From Octopus sinensis (Eukaryota): a stretch of 64,000 nt of DNA. The stretch spans positions 45,880,001-45,944,000 of the forward strand of contig NC_042997.1 of NCBI RefSeq assembly GCF_006345805.1. Reading direction: 5' to 3'. The notes beneath the pieces are model-generated. The model made no database searches and was not told where the DNA came from. It worked only from the letters and a program-made list of their open reading frames with translations. Of this stretch, positions 11,806-26,100 are shown in pieces. The stretch's first letter is position 1; each line of letters opens with the position of its first letter. A program made the position numbers and the translations under genes.

Positions 11806-12296
11806 TTGAATATATATATATATGCAAAATATTATTTCTAAATCTCTCAAAGAGAGATATTCATTAACAGTTCTATAAAGTAAAGACTTAATGTGGTTGT
11901 CCTGGAAGGGACGATTGTTATTGTCGTTTAGCCTCAGGAAGCATCGTTTCCAGCTGGCTATACGACACAATATCTGTGTCCTTATATTTTCAAACAGGGA
12001 GTCCAGCACCCCCACCCAGCACAAAGCAGTGACTGTGGGTCGGTTATTGGGTTATTGCTCTTTATCAGCACAGAGTAGCTGCTTGGCTAGGTGGCGTTGC
12101 TGAAATTCCGTTCAAAAATATACAGCTACAGAGCGCCTCAAAATGTCAAAATCCGATGTCCTTCGATAGAAAAAAAAAACCTTCAGCAAATTTTTAAAAA
12201 TGTTTTGTATGTGTATTTCTGTGTCTGCTTCTGTATTTGTGTGACTAATTTATGCTACATTGATTTTCGGTTTTAGTAATGTACATATATATATAT

Positions 12297-12365
<69 letters not shown>

Positions 12366-12384
12366 TATGTATATATATTCAGAA

Positions 12385-12757
12385 CCAGAGATAAGGAAAC
12401 CATGATGGTCCTCTGGCGGACATTCGTCCTCAGCCGCCTGGATTACTGCTCACCGCTATGGTCACCCACCAGTGTAAAATTAACAGCAGACCTTGAAGCA
12501 ATCCAGAGAAGATTTACAAAGAAGTTCGTCCCTTTGCAACAGCTCAGCTACTGGGAAAGGTTGAAAGAGCTAAAACTCTACTCCCTGGAGAGAAGACGGG
12601 AGAGGTATGCAGTAATATATGTCTGGAAGATCCTGGAAGGAATTGTTCCAAATTTTGGCATTGTAAGCTACACCAATGCTAGAACGGGACGACACTGTAT
12701 AGTGCCAAAGATCCCAGCAATGCCATCACGCTTCAGGACCAGCTTCTGCAACAGCCT
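12385..12757 (+). pseudogene. CR1/L2-group LINE ORF2 C-terminal fragment
   Basis: LWRTFVLSRLDYCSPLWSP...LEAIQRRFTK...SYWERLKELKLYSLERRRERY motifs. Confidence 0.8.
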
Positions 12758-12988
12758 TTGTGAGTGGATTTGGAAGACGGAAACTGAAAGAAGCCCCTCG
12801 TATATATGTTTCTGTGTCTATGTTTGTACCCCAACATCGCTTGACAACCGATGGTAGTGTGTTTACGTCCCCGTAACTTATCGGTTCGGCAAAAGAGTCC
12901 GATAGAATAAGTACTAGGCTTACAAAGAATAAGTCCTGGCGGTGCTTCAGCATGGCCACAGTCAAATGACTGAAACAAGTAAAAGAGT
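12758..12988 (+). mobile_element. SINE family 1, 3' half
   Basis: CCTTTGTGAGTGGATTTGG...GACTGAAACAAGTAAAAGAGTA. Confidence 0.85.
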
Positions 12989-13744
12989 ATATATTTGTGT
13001 GTGTGTGTGTGTGTGCATGTCTTTACGAGAAAGTGAGTAAAATAAACAAATATAGATACACCCATACATACATACATGCATACAAACATACATACATAAT
13101 GCACATACATATATATATATTTACATACACACACATACATGCATACATACACACACGCACACAAACTCACATATGTATATTTACATAAGTATACACACTC
13201 AGATGTTGAGATCTATATGTGTATTCTATGTCTGTCTCATTAATATATATATATATAAGATGGAATGATATACACGATGTAAGTACGAATTGTGTGTGAC
13301 TGTGTGTATGTGTGTATGTATGTATATGTGTATGTGCGTGCGTGTATGTGTGTGTAGTGTCTATGTCAGTGCCTGTATCTGTGTCCGTGTGTATAATGGT
13401 AGCTTGTGTTGATTCGACATAGTGTTTTCTATACGAATATTGAATGTATCTACATAAGAGTATATTTGTGTCAATAAAAAACGTCTGTGTAACCAATTAA
13501 ATGGTACATTGAATATTGAATAAAATATTTGTATGACATCCATATGTATGTGTTTATACACGACTTTTGTCTTGTGTTCATACATGGGCGTGCCTTTGGA
13601 GAGAATCATGTGTGTGTGGCTTTGCATACATGCCTTTATACTTAGTAATAGCAAATGATGTATGTAGGTGTATGTACCTGTCTGTGTAATGGAACTGCGT
13701 GTGCTGTTTAGTGGTAATGTAATGATAGTGCTGTGTATGCATGC

Positions 13745-13745
13745 G

Positions 13746-13826
<81 letters not shown>
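13745..13826. repeat. (TATC)n microsatellite
   Basis: Direct observation. Confidence 0.95.
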
Positions 13827-14175
13827 GTGTGTGTGTCTTTGTGCCTGCATGTGTCCCCCAACAACCACCGGACAACAGGTGTAGGAGTGATTAAACACGT
13901 AACCACGCCTACACTCACATTCGGGCATATACTTTCATAAATATATACACAACATCAACCATAAACGCTGTGGCCATACTGGGGCACAGCCAGGATATGT
14001 ATATACATACATGCATATATACATACATACATTATGGCTGCCCCCTCGTTATCGAGTATGGCCATTGCACGAAGCTTAACTGTTACTGGTGCTGTGATCG
14101 AATGTGACTTTTTAGCGCAGCCAAGGGGCTAAAAAGTCACATTCGATCACAGCACCAGTAACAGTTAAGCTTCGT

Positions 14176-14264
14176 ATACATATATACATACATACATACA
14201 TACATACATACATACATACATACATACATACATACATACATACATACATACATACATACATACA

Positions 14265-14295
<31 letters not shown>
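14176..14295. repeat. (TACA)n microsatellite
   Basis: Direct observation. Confidence 0.95.
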
Positions 14296-14299
<4 letters not shown>

Positions 14300-16635
14300 T
14301 TTAGACTGAGTAGAGAGAAACAGGAACACACGTCGGAACAAAACAGGAGAAACCCAAAGTAATAAATTTATCCAAGAAAGCTCTCTCAGCAGCAAAAATC
14401 AGTATACTAGCTAAAGGATTAAAATTTACCCCAACCCCATGGAGATCTAACCAGAATGACATTAAAGATAATATTTGGTAATTCTGCAGACGACTATGGC
14501 TCACAGAAGCACTAGCTGATTACAACAAAGACGATGAATCACCTGGTTAAAAACAGAAGTAATTATCTTCCCCCTAAAGTTAGGAATAAAATGCTAGATG
14601 ACTTCTGCGACCATATCTTTCCCAAATACTTTCCGTAAGCGAAAAATTAATTCAAACTTCAACAATCCAGAATGGAAAAATCTAATTGAACTACAAAACG
14701 ACAAAGTACTGACAATTAAAGAAGCACACAAAGGAAGTGCTGTAATCCTGATGGACACAGAATACTACAAAAACCATATCCAAGCGTCAGAAAGTTTAAA
14801 GTTAAGACCCATTATAGCCTGTGAAACCCGCTGCCTAATCAATTTTCTAGACAGTCTACTGAAACTCTTGCTGAAATACATCAAAAGTTTCATTAGAGAC
14901 CATCGAGACATGCTTGAGGACCTACCAATAGCAGCTAAAGAAGAGACATTATTGGTTTCCTTCGATGTTATCAATCTTTACACCAACACCCCACGTGATT
15001 ATGGAATAGAAGCAACAAAATTCTGGTTGGAAATGTATCCAGAAGTACTTCCAGAACACAAACCAGGTTTCTATTATTGAAACTTAAAAATTTATACTTC
15101 AGAACAATTATTTCTTATTTGATGACACATACTATCGTCAAAATTGCGGAATTGCGATGGGAACGAAAACAGCACCTATTCTTGCAAACCTAATAATGGG
15201 TAATTTTGAATTCACCATATATGAAGTGTCACTGCAAAAATATAGATATCCATTTGACCATTATATAAGAGAGAACTGGAAAAGATACTTGGATGACTGC
15301 TTTATCATTTGGAAGAAGATTATTGATAAGCTTTCAGAATTTAAATCACTACTAACATTCAAATTACAATAGAATATAGCAAAGAACAGCACCCTCTTTT
15401 GGATATTATGACGAAAAAAGTTGACAACCAAATTATAACTGACATTTATCATAAACCAACGGACTCGAAGCAATATTACCTGTTTAGCTCATGCCACCCG
15501 AAACACATGAAAAGAAATATCCCCTTTAATTTAGCGAAAAGGATTTACACAATAGTGTCTGATAGAAATACTCGGGTCCTTCGTCTTCAAGATCTCAGAA
15601 CAACACTAAATACAATATCCGCCCTCATTTATAGACGATGGAATTAAGCGTGCTGAGAAATTTGACATTAAACCACTAAGGGCAACGAAATGTAACACCA
15701 CACCTCATCTCAAAACACTACTGTATATATCAATTCACAACCCTGGGAACAATGAGGCATACAACATTATTGTGCAAAACCTACCTATGTTCACAAGAGA
15801 CCCCAAAATGAACGACATCCTGAAAACACGTAAATTCATCAAATGCAAAAAGCAACACAAATCGCTGAAAAGACTTCTGACAAATGCGAAGGTTTACACA
15901 ACAACCACGAAACCAGCGGTTAAAACATGTGGACGCCCAAACTGTGGAACACGCCCCAATCTACTGGAATGCTCAGAATTCCTATTCAAGGAAGGAGAGA
16001 AGTCCACAATTAAAACCAACTTCACTTGTGCTTCCGAGAATCTAATTTATGTTATAACTTGTTCAGATTGTCGACATAACTATATAAGACAAATAAATAT
16101 GACACTGAGACTACATAAGGAACGCGACCAGTTCCCGCAATACAGACAGATTCCTTTGAGCCAACACAGAGAGATGAGTAGGTAATATCCAACCAAACTT
16201 CACAGTTTTCCCCGTCTACCTGTGTACAGAAACAATTTCTATACAAGAACCTTTAAATAAAGAAAATTTGTTGTTCGAAAAATACAGAACACGTCTAAAT
16301 ATGAACGCATAACCAACTTTGAACTCAGTATATATTTAATTCATGATCACATACCCATCACTGTAATATTTTATCTCACTACTTTAGCTTTTTAGTTTTT
16401 GTGTATATATTTCAACGCCCTCCCCCCGAAAGATGAGCAATTACCGCCCCTGTCCCCAATAATAACGATCACCGATTACCTCCTCTTAGATTTTTCTACT
16501 TATTGTATCATTCATTCACAAACTTCTCCGCACACAACATAGACTAAAATCTTCTTTAAAAAATACGAAATTACAATAATTTCAATGTCATGATTAGCGA
16601 AAGCGAAACCAGTCGACAAACAATATAAAATATAT
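14300..16635 (+). mobile_element. Degraded Penelope-like element (RT + GIY-YIG endonuclease)
   Basis: KVINLSKKALS...KGLKFTPTP; LVSFDVINLYTN; AMGTKTAPILANL; WKRYLDDCF; YHKPTDSKQY; CGRPNC...FTCASENLIYVITC; multiple stops and frameshifts. Confidence 0.9.
16586..16618 (+). ncRNA. Degenerate minimal hammerhead at PLE 3' end
   Basis: TGTC-ATGATTA-GC(GAAA)GC-GAAA-CCAG-TC-GACA; stem I TGTC/GACA intact, core mutated from CTGATGA. Confidence 0.5.
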
Positions 16636-17236
16636 TGAAAACTATATTAAAAGTATGTAAAGTGTGTGCATTTTCCTTCTTTTATTTTGTGTATGTAGTC
16701 TCTTCTTATTGTGGTGGAGGGCTACCGAATGTGATGCTACCACGAGTTCTAAAGTCACCCTTGGTGGCAACGTCGAGAACGAGGACCCGGACCGAATGCG
16801 ATCAAGCCCCAAAGACCCCAACGATGGAATAAGCGGATGATGAATACAACAGATCACAACGCCTGAACCAGTGAATGAAGAGAGCTACGCATGACAGACA
16901 TGCTACAGAAAGCGCCACTCAAAGCAATAACCGAATTAGCGTGAGTCCGTTGCAGTTTCATAATTGGATCCTGCGTGTCTCATTTTATATATGCCGCAGG
17001 GGAAGGGCATGAAACCAAATGTGTTGGTCACTTCCTGGCAAGTTGAGGTCCACCTTAAACAAATCCACGCCATTGGCACTTTCTTCTATAAGCAGACATA
17101 CAAATATATGCATATACAAACATATTTATAATCATTTATGAATAATCTACATACATATATGTTTACAAAATATATGTATGCTTGTATGCGTATTTGTCTC
17201 TCACTCTCCTTTCTCGTTTTTCCCGCCCCTTGGTCC

Positions 17237-17316
<80 letters not shown>

Positions 17317-17340
17317 ATATCTATCTATCTATCTATCTAT

Positions 17341-17401
<61 letters not shown>

Positions 17402-17422
17402 AGTCTGTTTGTCTGTCTATCT
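17237..17422. repeat. (TATC)n grading into (TGTC)n
   Basis: Direct observation; ends ...GTCTATCT at the Tx1 copy 1 5' junction. Confidence 0.95.
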
Positions 17423-17757
17423 GATTAACTGTCGTTGAGTCGTCTCCCGTGAGTCCAGGTAAATTTTCGTCTTTGTTTATGTGAATTAGAATTAAGGTTT
17501 AGTCAAGAAGTTAATTAACATCTGCTTTCTCCTGAGCGAGTCTCTCGCTCGAGAATTTACCCTTTAAGAGTGACTTTTCGGATTTTAAAGTTTTATTAAA
17601 AAATTTTTAATCTGTCCTGAAAAATGGATAACTTCTCTGACGCTGCCAGCATTCCACCGTCCTACACGGACATTAATTTCCTTGCATTGCCGAACGCTGC
17701 AGGGAAGAGATGAAGCATCGAATTAATTTCACACTCACACACACACGCACACACACA

Positions 17758-17811
<54 letters not shown>

Positions 17812-20800
17812 ACACACACACACACACAGAGTTGAACAACGTCAACATACATACTGACGACAGCGTTCCTATCAAGCAAGTGGGAAAGGAAAGCAAGAAG
17901 AATGAACACACGTCTATTGCCACAACCGCTGCCACCACCACTGTCTCCGCTACTGCTACCACCACCACCGCTACTACGAACAGAAAAAGCAACTTTACTT
18001 CAGTTCTGGGGCAAAGGAAACGAACTGTTTCATTTAACCCACAACAACTAATGGAAACAAGATCCCTTTTATCTTAGGAGGATAATACAACAAAACTAAA
18101 TTCACCGTAACATGGTTTAGAAAATATTAACAAGAAACAAAAAAAAAAAAAAACACTTTTACAAGACAATTAATTTAAAAACGAGAAAGCCCGAAAACAT
18201 AAATCAACAAACAATTGAAAAATGTGTAAGGCCCATATGGGCACACAAAAAATACATCACAAAGGGCAAAAAATTTGCCACAGTTGAAGTCAAATTTGAC
18301 ACAGATGAGCAAACAAGAGCTAAATCTACACGGTCACTAAAGTGTGAAGTCATAATGATTCCTACGTACCTAGGTTGTCGGGTTACAAAACTGAAAATTA
18401 AAGATGTGCCCCTTGAAATAGAACCACAATGGCTGGTGTCAGCCATCTGCTACAATTTCGAGGAAGTTATTAGCATCTTGAACAACAAAACTGGATAGGT
18501 CAGGCGTTCGAACTCTTTGTTCAAGCCAATCGAGAGACGACAGAAAATGTGCCAGATCTTATTAAACTGTCGGATAGTACCATCTTACATGTGACCGTTG
18601 AAAGCAGAAGACGACGTCACATTTATGGCAGCAAAAACTACCTAAAAATTGACTGTCCAACAATAAAGAAGCAACAACAACATCAAAAACAGCAACAGCA
18701 ACAACTAAAAGAGAACACTGCCCACAATCCAGCACTGTTACCCACAACAGATGAAACAGCACGCCGCCATCAGCACAACAGATGAAACAGCTCCACAAAA
18801 TAACAAACCAACTCAACCAACCCAACCAATCAACACAACCACCACCACCACCACCACCACCATTACAGAAGCACCAAAGCCTGAAAAGGGAAAAATGACT
18901 GACCCCTCATCCCCGACAACCCATCCATCACATCCCAACAGCCACCAACCAAAACTAATAGCAATAACGTCAACACACCCACAAATCGGCCCCAATACCC
19001 TTCCCCTCCCATGTTCTGATGCCTCCGACATCTCGTCCGATGAAGGTGACACGGCGGAATGGTAAATGTCCACTGGGGGGAAGAAGAAAAAGGAGGAAAA
19101 AGAGCAACCACTCAATCGAACAAAGCAGGGAGATATAGCACTCCCGACAACAAAACTCCTACACATAACAACAACGCCAGCACCAACACTACAAACATAC
19201 AAACACCAACAATGCTAACCACGAACGACACAAACAATTTGGACCTGAGTCAATACATCAGGTCGCACACCGACATAACTGAAGACAGTTACAAAACAAA
19301 CAACCACCCACGCACAACACATTAAAATACTACACACCACACAAAATACACATAAAATAATGAAATCTCTCTACCCTAATGCATTTGGGTGATTTCAAAA
19401 ACATTTGTCAAAAAAAGTATATGAAAATCTCACGGAAACTGAGGAGGAAAATCCCTAACTTTCGAAACAGTAAGCGACTCACTTTCTCTCTCTCCTACTT
19501 TCTGTTTTCGCTTTGTGTCTGAAACACATCTTTCGCCAGATTCATGCTCAAGATAGGCAGTACAAATGTGCGTGACTTGGGGTCGCCTTGGAAACAAGGT
19601 TGCCTGTTAAACGACATCAAGTGGCAAAATGTAGATATCATAGCCATCAGCGAAACCAGACTCTCCAACCCGCGGGCCCTCCAGCCCATGTTGGGTAGAC
19701 AATTCAACATTTAATTTTTCGCTGTGTCTGCCGAGAATGGGCGGTGGTGGTAATGCGGGCGCTTTTTCGAAAGAGTCTGCATCTGAAAGTAAAGGCAGTA
19801 TTCCTAGACCTGGAGGGCAGGCTGGTCGTCTTGGATGTCGATGGCAGTAATGGTTGTGCTTTTCAACTAATAACAGTGTATGCACCATCCTTATCAGGTC
19901 GGCCGAATTTCTTTCGACGTCTAGAAGTTTTCCTGGGGACGTTTCAACCTTTACATTGAGTGGGGTGTTGGAACGCTAACTTGGACACGCATGTAGACTG
20001 TGGAGGTAGAGATAAGAAGAGAAGGGGATGCAAGTGCATCATAGACCTGCTCAGACATTTCCAACTGTCTGACAGGTACTGATTGAACTACCCGAATGTA
20101 CCAATGTGGACATGGACCAACAGCATTGGGTCGTCCAGATCGTATTTAGATAGAGTATTTTGTAGGACAGTGGATAAGGATGGTGTAGGCTGTCTACAAT
20201 TTCATATTGTCAGCTATACAGGTCACAAATTTGTGACTTGTATGCTTGACTTAGATAAGCATCAAGGCAGGCTCTCGGTTACTGGAAGCTGAACGCATCT
20301 TTCCCGACGCGACAGGCTTACAGAGACCGGATGAGCACATTAGTTAAGAGGACGATGACGGAGGCCATCATCAACAATAAATGGTGGTTTGCCCTAAAGA
20401 GAGCAATCAAAGCACAATCGGTTAGGTATAGCAAGGCTTTAGCGGTAGACCGAAATAGAATAGAAGGAGAATTGGTTAAGAAATTAGAAGAGGCACTTAG
20501 ATATGGCATCGTGTCCAACGTGCTGGCGGCGAGGTTGGCTCTTGACCAACATTTCAACGCCAAACACGAAGGTTGCGTTGTCAGAGCTAGGATGCGTGCC
20601 CTGAGAAACAAAGGAATTGCAGCCACCCGAGAGGCCCGGGCAGCGGAGGCTCAACGTGGCAACAAAGCCACCTTTCGGTCTTTGATGGATGAGCAGGGGC
20701 GTGAATTTCTCGTGGCTGACAGGATGTGTGAGGCCTTTCAGCAGCACTTTGCCCGACTGTTCGGGAAGACTGGTGGGTCAGAATGCAGGGTGTACTTTAG

Positions 20801-22706
20801 TGCCTACCTGCATGGCCTGCCACGGCTCTCGGCAAGAGTGGTGGAGTATCGTGAAAGACCCATCACAGCTGCAGATGTAAGGAATGTATTGACAGGCTAC
20901 GCGAGAGACAAGTCGCCGGACTTGCATGGTCTGCCCTACCTGCTTTATTGCCATATGATAGACTTGTTTGGAGAAGCATTGGCAACAGTCTACTGCAAGT
21001 GGAAGCAAAACGGGAGTGTTTCCAGTTTTGTGAGCTGAGGACCGATGACACTGCTAAAGAAAAACCCAAACCAACGGGATTTATAGATAATTTTCGGCCC
21101 ATCACACTGCTCAACGCAGATCTGAAGATTTTGGCCAAGGTGCTAGCCGAGAGGTTGGCGCTTGTCATCGAGAAACTGATCAACAAGGCGCAAACATGCG
21201 CTTTGCCAGGTAGAAGTATCCATGACAACCTCCATCTGATGCGCTACATCGTAGATAGGGTAGTTAACGAACCTGGCATGGGTGGCGTGCTGATCAATTT
21301 GGATCAATCGAAACCTTTCGATAGGGTCGACCATCGTTAATTGGAGGCTGTCCTTAGGACGGCTCGAGGTCAGGTTCGGTCCGGACCTCCAAATGGAGAA
21401 GAACTGGAACGATATAACGAGTAGGGTGGCCACTCTCACCCAGCAATGGACCGAGAGGAAGCTATCCCTAAACGGTCGGGCTGAGGTGGCGAATGCGTAA
21501 ATCGCATCCGTCATCTACTACCGTCTGATCGTCGTGCCTTGTCCCGACCATACCATCACAAAACTGGAACGTATATTCTTCCACTTTTGTGGAAGGGAAG
21601 CGTTCCGATGTTCAAGCGATCTCTTTGCTGCCAACATTCACTAAATGGAGGGCTGGGCATGCCGTGGTTAATGATGCGCAGACATGCACTGAGACTGCGA
21701 CATCTGCAGCGTATCATAGACGATGGTGAACAGTCGCCGTTTGTGAAACGCGCTTTCCCGCAGCTCGTCTCTTTGACCACCAAGCAATCGTGGATCAAAC
21801 AGAAACCGAGGCTGGGCGAATGGCACCGCGAGTGTCGCCATGCTCTCGAGCACATCTGACGTCCAGGATCACACTCGTGCGATTTCAATTCTACGAAGGC
21901 ATTCTACAGAGGATTAGTGGCGGGGAGGTGCGACGACGTTCTTGGAGAGACACTGGGCGTCAACGAGGAATACCTGGCCCGCCTCTTCAGGACAACTTTC
22001 GGGATAAGCTCTACAGGTTCAAGACTTGCCCGAGATTCGGTCAGAGCAACGAAACCGTTCTGCATGCACTCGTACAATATCCAAATATTTCAGACCTGTG
22101 GGCTTATATCGAACGGCTGCTGTGTCGTGTGAGACGAGTTCAGTTGTCGGCCGAGTCTATCGTGAATATTGCCCCGCCACCTTCCTTTAACCGGGAAGGC
22201 AAGGCAGTTTGGCTATGGTGAAAGAATGTGTGTGGTGGACTCGTGCGAAAGGTTTAGAGACAATCGCTTTCCTCTCTGGCCAACCTCTCATCAACTTCTT
22301 CAAGTATCACTTGAAGAGAAAGGTGAGAATAGAGAGGAAAGTTTTGTCTAATGAAAGGTTCAACAAAAGGTGGGGGAATGTGGCAAGGATGGTGCGAATA
22401 AATGATGGAATCACCTTAAGCGTAATCCTAAAAAAAAGAGAAAGAGCGCCTTGTTCTCATGTTAATGTTTCTCCTTTTCATTTCCGAGGTTACCGTGGTT
22501 CTTTTACGTAGGTTTTTCTTTCCACGGATAAACCTAGTCAATGTTACACTTCCTCCCCCTTTTGGGAACTCTTATTGTTAATAACGACTTTTGTGTTATT
22601 TCCTTGTTTACACGTCAAAAAAAAAAAAGAAAGAAAAAAGGTTTTTCTTTCTCCTTTGATCGATTTCGAAAAAGAAAAATTCTACATTGTATTGTTCCCT
22701 TTGTGT

Positions 22707-22708
<2 letters not shown>
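17423..22708 (+). mobile_element. L1/Tx1-clade LINE copy 1, apparently full length but degraded (ORF1 + ORF2)
   Basis: ORF1 remnant (~17620-19470) with degenerate zinc knuckle VTVESRRRRHIYGSKNYLKIDCP and T/N/Q-rich tail; ORF2 from ATG 19544 (MLKIGSTNVRDLGSPWKQ, APE motifs, FRPITLLNADLKILAK, DQSKPFDRVDH); internal deletion removes the YADD region. Confidence 0.88.
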
Positions 22709-22749
<41 letters not shown>

Positions 22750-22859
22750 GTCTGTCTGTCTGTCTGTCTGTCTGCCTGCCTGCCTGCCTGCCTGCCTGCC
22801 TTCCTGTCTGCCTGTCTGTCTGTCTACCTGTCTGTCTGTCTACCTGTCTGTCTGTCTAC

Positions 22860-22895
<36 letters not shown>

Positions 22896-23100
22896 TTGTC
22901 CGACCGTCCGTCCGTTTGTGTGTCCGTCCGTCCGTCCGTCCGTTTGGCTGTCTGACTGTCTGTCCGTCCGACCGTCTGTCTGTCTGTCTATCTATCTGCC
23001 TGTCTGTCTGCCAGTCTGTCTGCCTGTCAGCCTGCCTGTCAGCCTGCCTGTCCGTCTCTGTCTGTCTGTCTATCTATCTTCTATCTATCTATCTATCTAA
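22709..23100. repeat. Compound (TATC)n-(TGTC)n-(TGCC)n-(TCCG)n-(TATC)n array separating the two Tx1 copies
   Basis: Direct observation. Confidence 0.95.
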
Positions 23101-26100
23101 GTAACTCTCTGTACTTTCATTTGTGTGTTTTAAAGCACACACCCCAATAGAATCATGGTCAAGATTGGTTGTGTGAATGCGCGTGGCTTGGGGTCTCCTT
23201 GGAAACAAGGATACCTCCTAAATGACATCAAGTCACATGATTTGGGAATCATAGCCATAAGTGAGACCAGACTCCACGAGCCACGGGCCCTAAAGTCCAT
23301 GTTTGGCGGACAGTTTAACATTTATTTCGCTCCCTGTCTGCCGAGGATGGGCGGTAGTGGCACCGCGGTACTTTTTCACAAGAGCCTGGATCTCGAAGTC
23401 AAGACGATATTCGTAGACCCGGAGGGTAGACTGATCGTTCTGGATGTTGACGGCAGCAATGGGTGCGCTTTTCGACTCGTATCAGTCTACGCACCGCCCT
23501 TAACAGGTCGGGCGGATTTCTTTCGACGTCTAGAAGTATTCTTGGGAACGTCTCGTCCTTTACTCTTAGTGGGGATTGGAATGCTACCTTGGACACGCAT
23601 GTAGACTACGTGGGTAGAGACAGAAACAGAAGGGGATGCAAATGCCTCAGAGACCTGCTCAGACGATTCCAACTGTCTGACAGGTACCGACTCGACCACC
23701 CAAATGCACCAACGTGGACATGGAGCAACCGCAGTGGGTCGTCGAGATCGTATCTAGATAGGATACTGTGTAGGACAGTAGACAAGGATAACTTAGGATG
23801 TCCACAATTCCACACAGTCAGCTACACGGATCACAAATTGGTGACGTGTACGCTAGACTTAGATAAGGCACATAGACAGGGTCCTGGGTACTGGAAACTG
23901 AACGCATCATTCCCGTCCAGACAAGTTTTCAGAGACCGGATTAGCACACTAGTAAAGAGGGCTTTGACGGGAGCCATCATCAACAACAAATGGTGGTTTG
24001 CCCTCAAGAGAGCAGTAAAAGCAGAAGCGATTAGGTACAGCAAAGCACTAGCCATAGATAGAAATAGAGTAGAGGGTGAGCTAGTTAAGAAGCTAGAAGA
24101 GGCAATTAGAAGCGGCATCGCATCCGACGTTTTGGCGGCGAGGTTGGCCCTCGACCAACACTTCAACGCCACACGAAGGATGTGCTGTCAGAGCTAGGCA
24201 TGCGTGCTCTAAGGAACGAAGGTGTTGGAGCCGCGAGAGAGGCCCGGGTGGCAGAGGCGCAACAGGGCAACAAAGCCACCATTCGGTCACTGGTAGATGA
24301 ACAGGGGCGCGAATTGCTCGAGCCAAGTAAAATGTGTGAGGCCTTTCAGCAGCATTTTGCCCGACTGTTCGGGACGAGTGGAGGGCAAGAACGTACATAG
24401 CCTGCCACGACTCTCGACAAGAAAGGCAGGGTGCTGCGAAGGTGCCATCACGGCGGCGGAAGTGCGGGAAGCGATGGCAGAATGCTCGAGGGACAAATCA
24501 CCGGGTTTGGATGGTCTACCCTACGAATTTTACTATTGTATGCCAGACTTGTTTGGAGACGTCTTGGCAGCGGTATACTGCAACTGGCAGCAAAACGGGA
24601 GCATACCCGGTTTTGTGAGTCGAGGAGCTGTAACTCTGCTGAAGAAAGATCCAAACAAGGGAACATTATAGATAACTTTAGGCAATCACTCTGCTCAATG
24701 CAGACCTGAAAATTTTGACAAAGGTGTTAGCCAAGAGGTTGGCGCTTGTCATGGAGAAACTGGTCGACAACGCACAAACGTGCGCCGTGCCGGGCCGGAG
24801 CATCCATGACAACCTCCATCTGATGCGCTACATCATAGACAGGGTAGTTAACGAACCTGGCATGGGTGGGGCCCTGATCAACTTGGATCAATCGAAAGCC
24901 TTTGATAGGGTAGACCATCGATACTTGGAGGCAGTCCTGAGAGCGGCTGGTTTCGGTCCGTCTCTGCGGCTGGATAGCTGCCTTGTACAAAGGCATCCGT
25001 TCGGTAATTCGCGTAAATGGACATCTATCGAGACCCTTCCATTGCACGTTCGGTCCGTCAGGGATGCCCCCTCTCGGCGCTTCTATACGTATTGACTCTT
25101 GAGCCACTACTGCGGAAGCTGGCGACTCTGAGGGGCATCCCGCGAGAATAGGATGCGGGACGAGCGTGTCTGCATACGCGGACGACGTCACCGTCATAGT
25201 GTCAAGCCACGAGCACATCGAGCGGGTCGGCGAGACACTGAAAGACTACGAAGCGGTGACAGGAGCAAAAATCAACCGGGAAAAGTCAGTGGGCTTGCGG
25301 CTCGGCACCTGGAGAAGCAAGCCCATGCCGTCCACCAGTACCTCCGTCGTGGGACGCTGGACAGACGGCCCGGTTTAGTTGCTCGGGGTCTGGTTTTGTC
25401 CGGACCTCCAAATGGAGAAGAACTGGAACGAGATAACGAGTAGGGTGGTCACTCTCGCCCAGCAATGGGCCGAGAGGAAACTATCCCTAAAAGGTCGGGC
25501 GGAGGTGGTGAACGCGTACATCGCGTCCATCATCTACTACCGCCTGACCGTCGTACCTTGTCCCGACCCTACCATCACCAAACTAGAACGCATCCTCTTC
25601 CGCTTCTTGTGGAAAGGATGCGTCCCGATGGTCAGGCGATCCATTTGCTGTCAACACCCGTTAAAAGGAGGCTGGGCATGGCGTGGTTATGATGATGCGC
25701 AGACACGCGCTGAGACTGCGACATCTCCGGCTCTATGTAGAGGACGGTGAACAGGTGTGGTCGCCGTTTGTGAGGCACGCATTTCCGCAACTCGTCTCCA
25801 TGACCGAACTACAGTCGTGGATCAAAAAGAGGCCGAAGAAGGGCGAATGGCACCGCGAGTGTCGCGTTGCTCTCAAGCAACTCTGCTGTCCCGGGTCGAC
25901 CTTGAGTGACTTCAACACAACCAAAGCATTCTATAGGGGATTAGTGGAGGGGAGGTACGACGACGAGCTCGGGGCAAACCTGGGCGTCGACGAGGAATAC
26001 CTGACCCGCCTGTTTCAAACGACTTTCGGCCGGGACCTATGGACAACTTCCAGAGATCCCTGGCCTGGCGGTGCTACCGAGAAGCGCTACCCGTTCGGGA

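Noticed and set aside
17731-17828. (CA)n as a boundary between two elements
   Set aside because: More simply an expanded microsatellite inside Tx1 copy 1 ORF1; flanking sequence continues the ORF1-like composition
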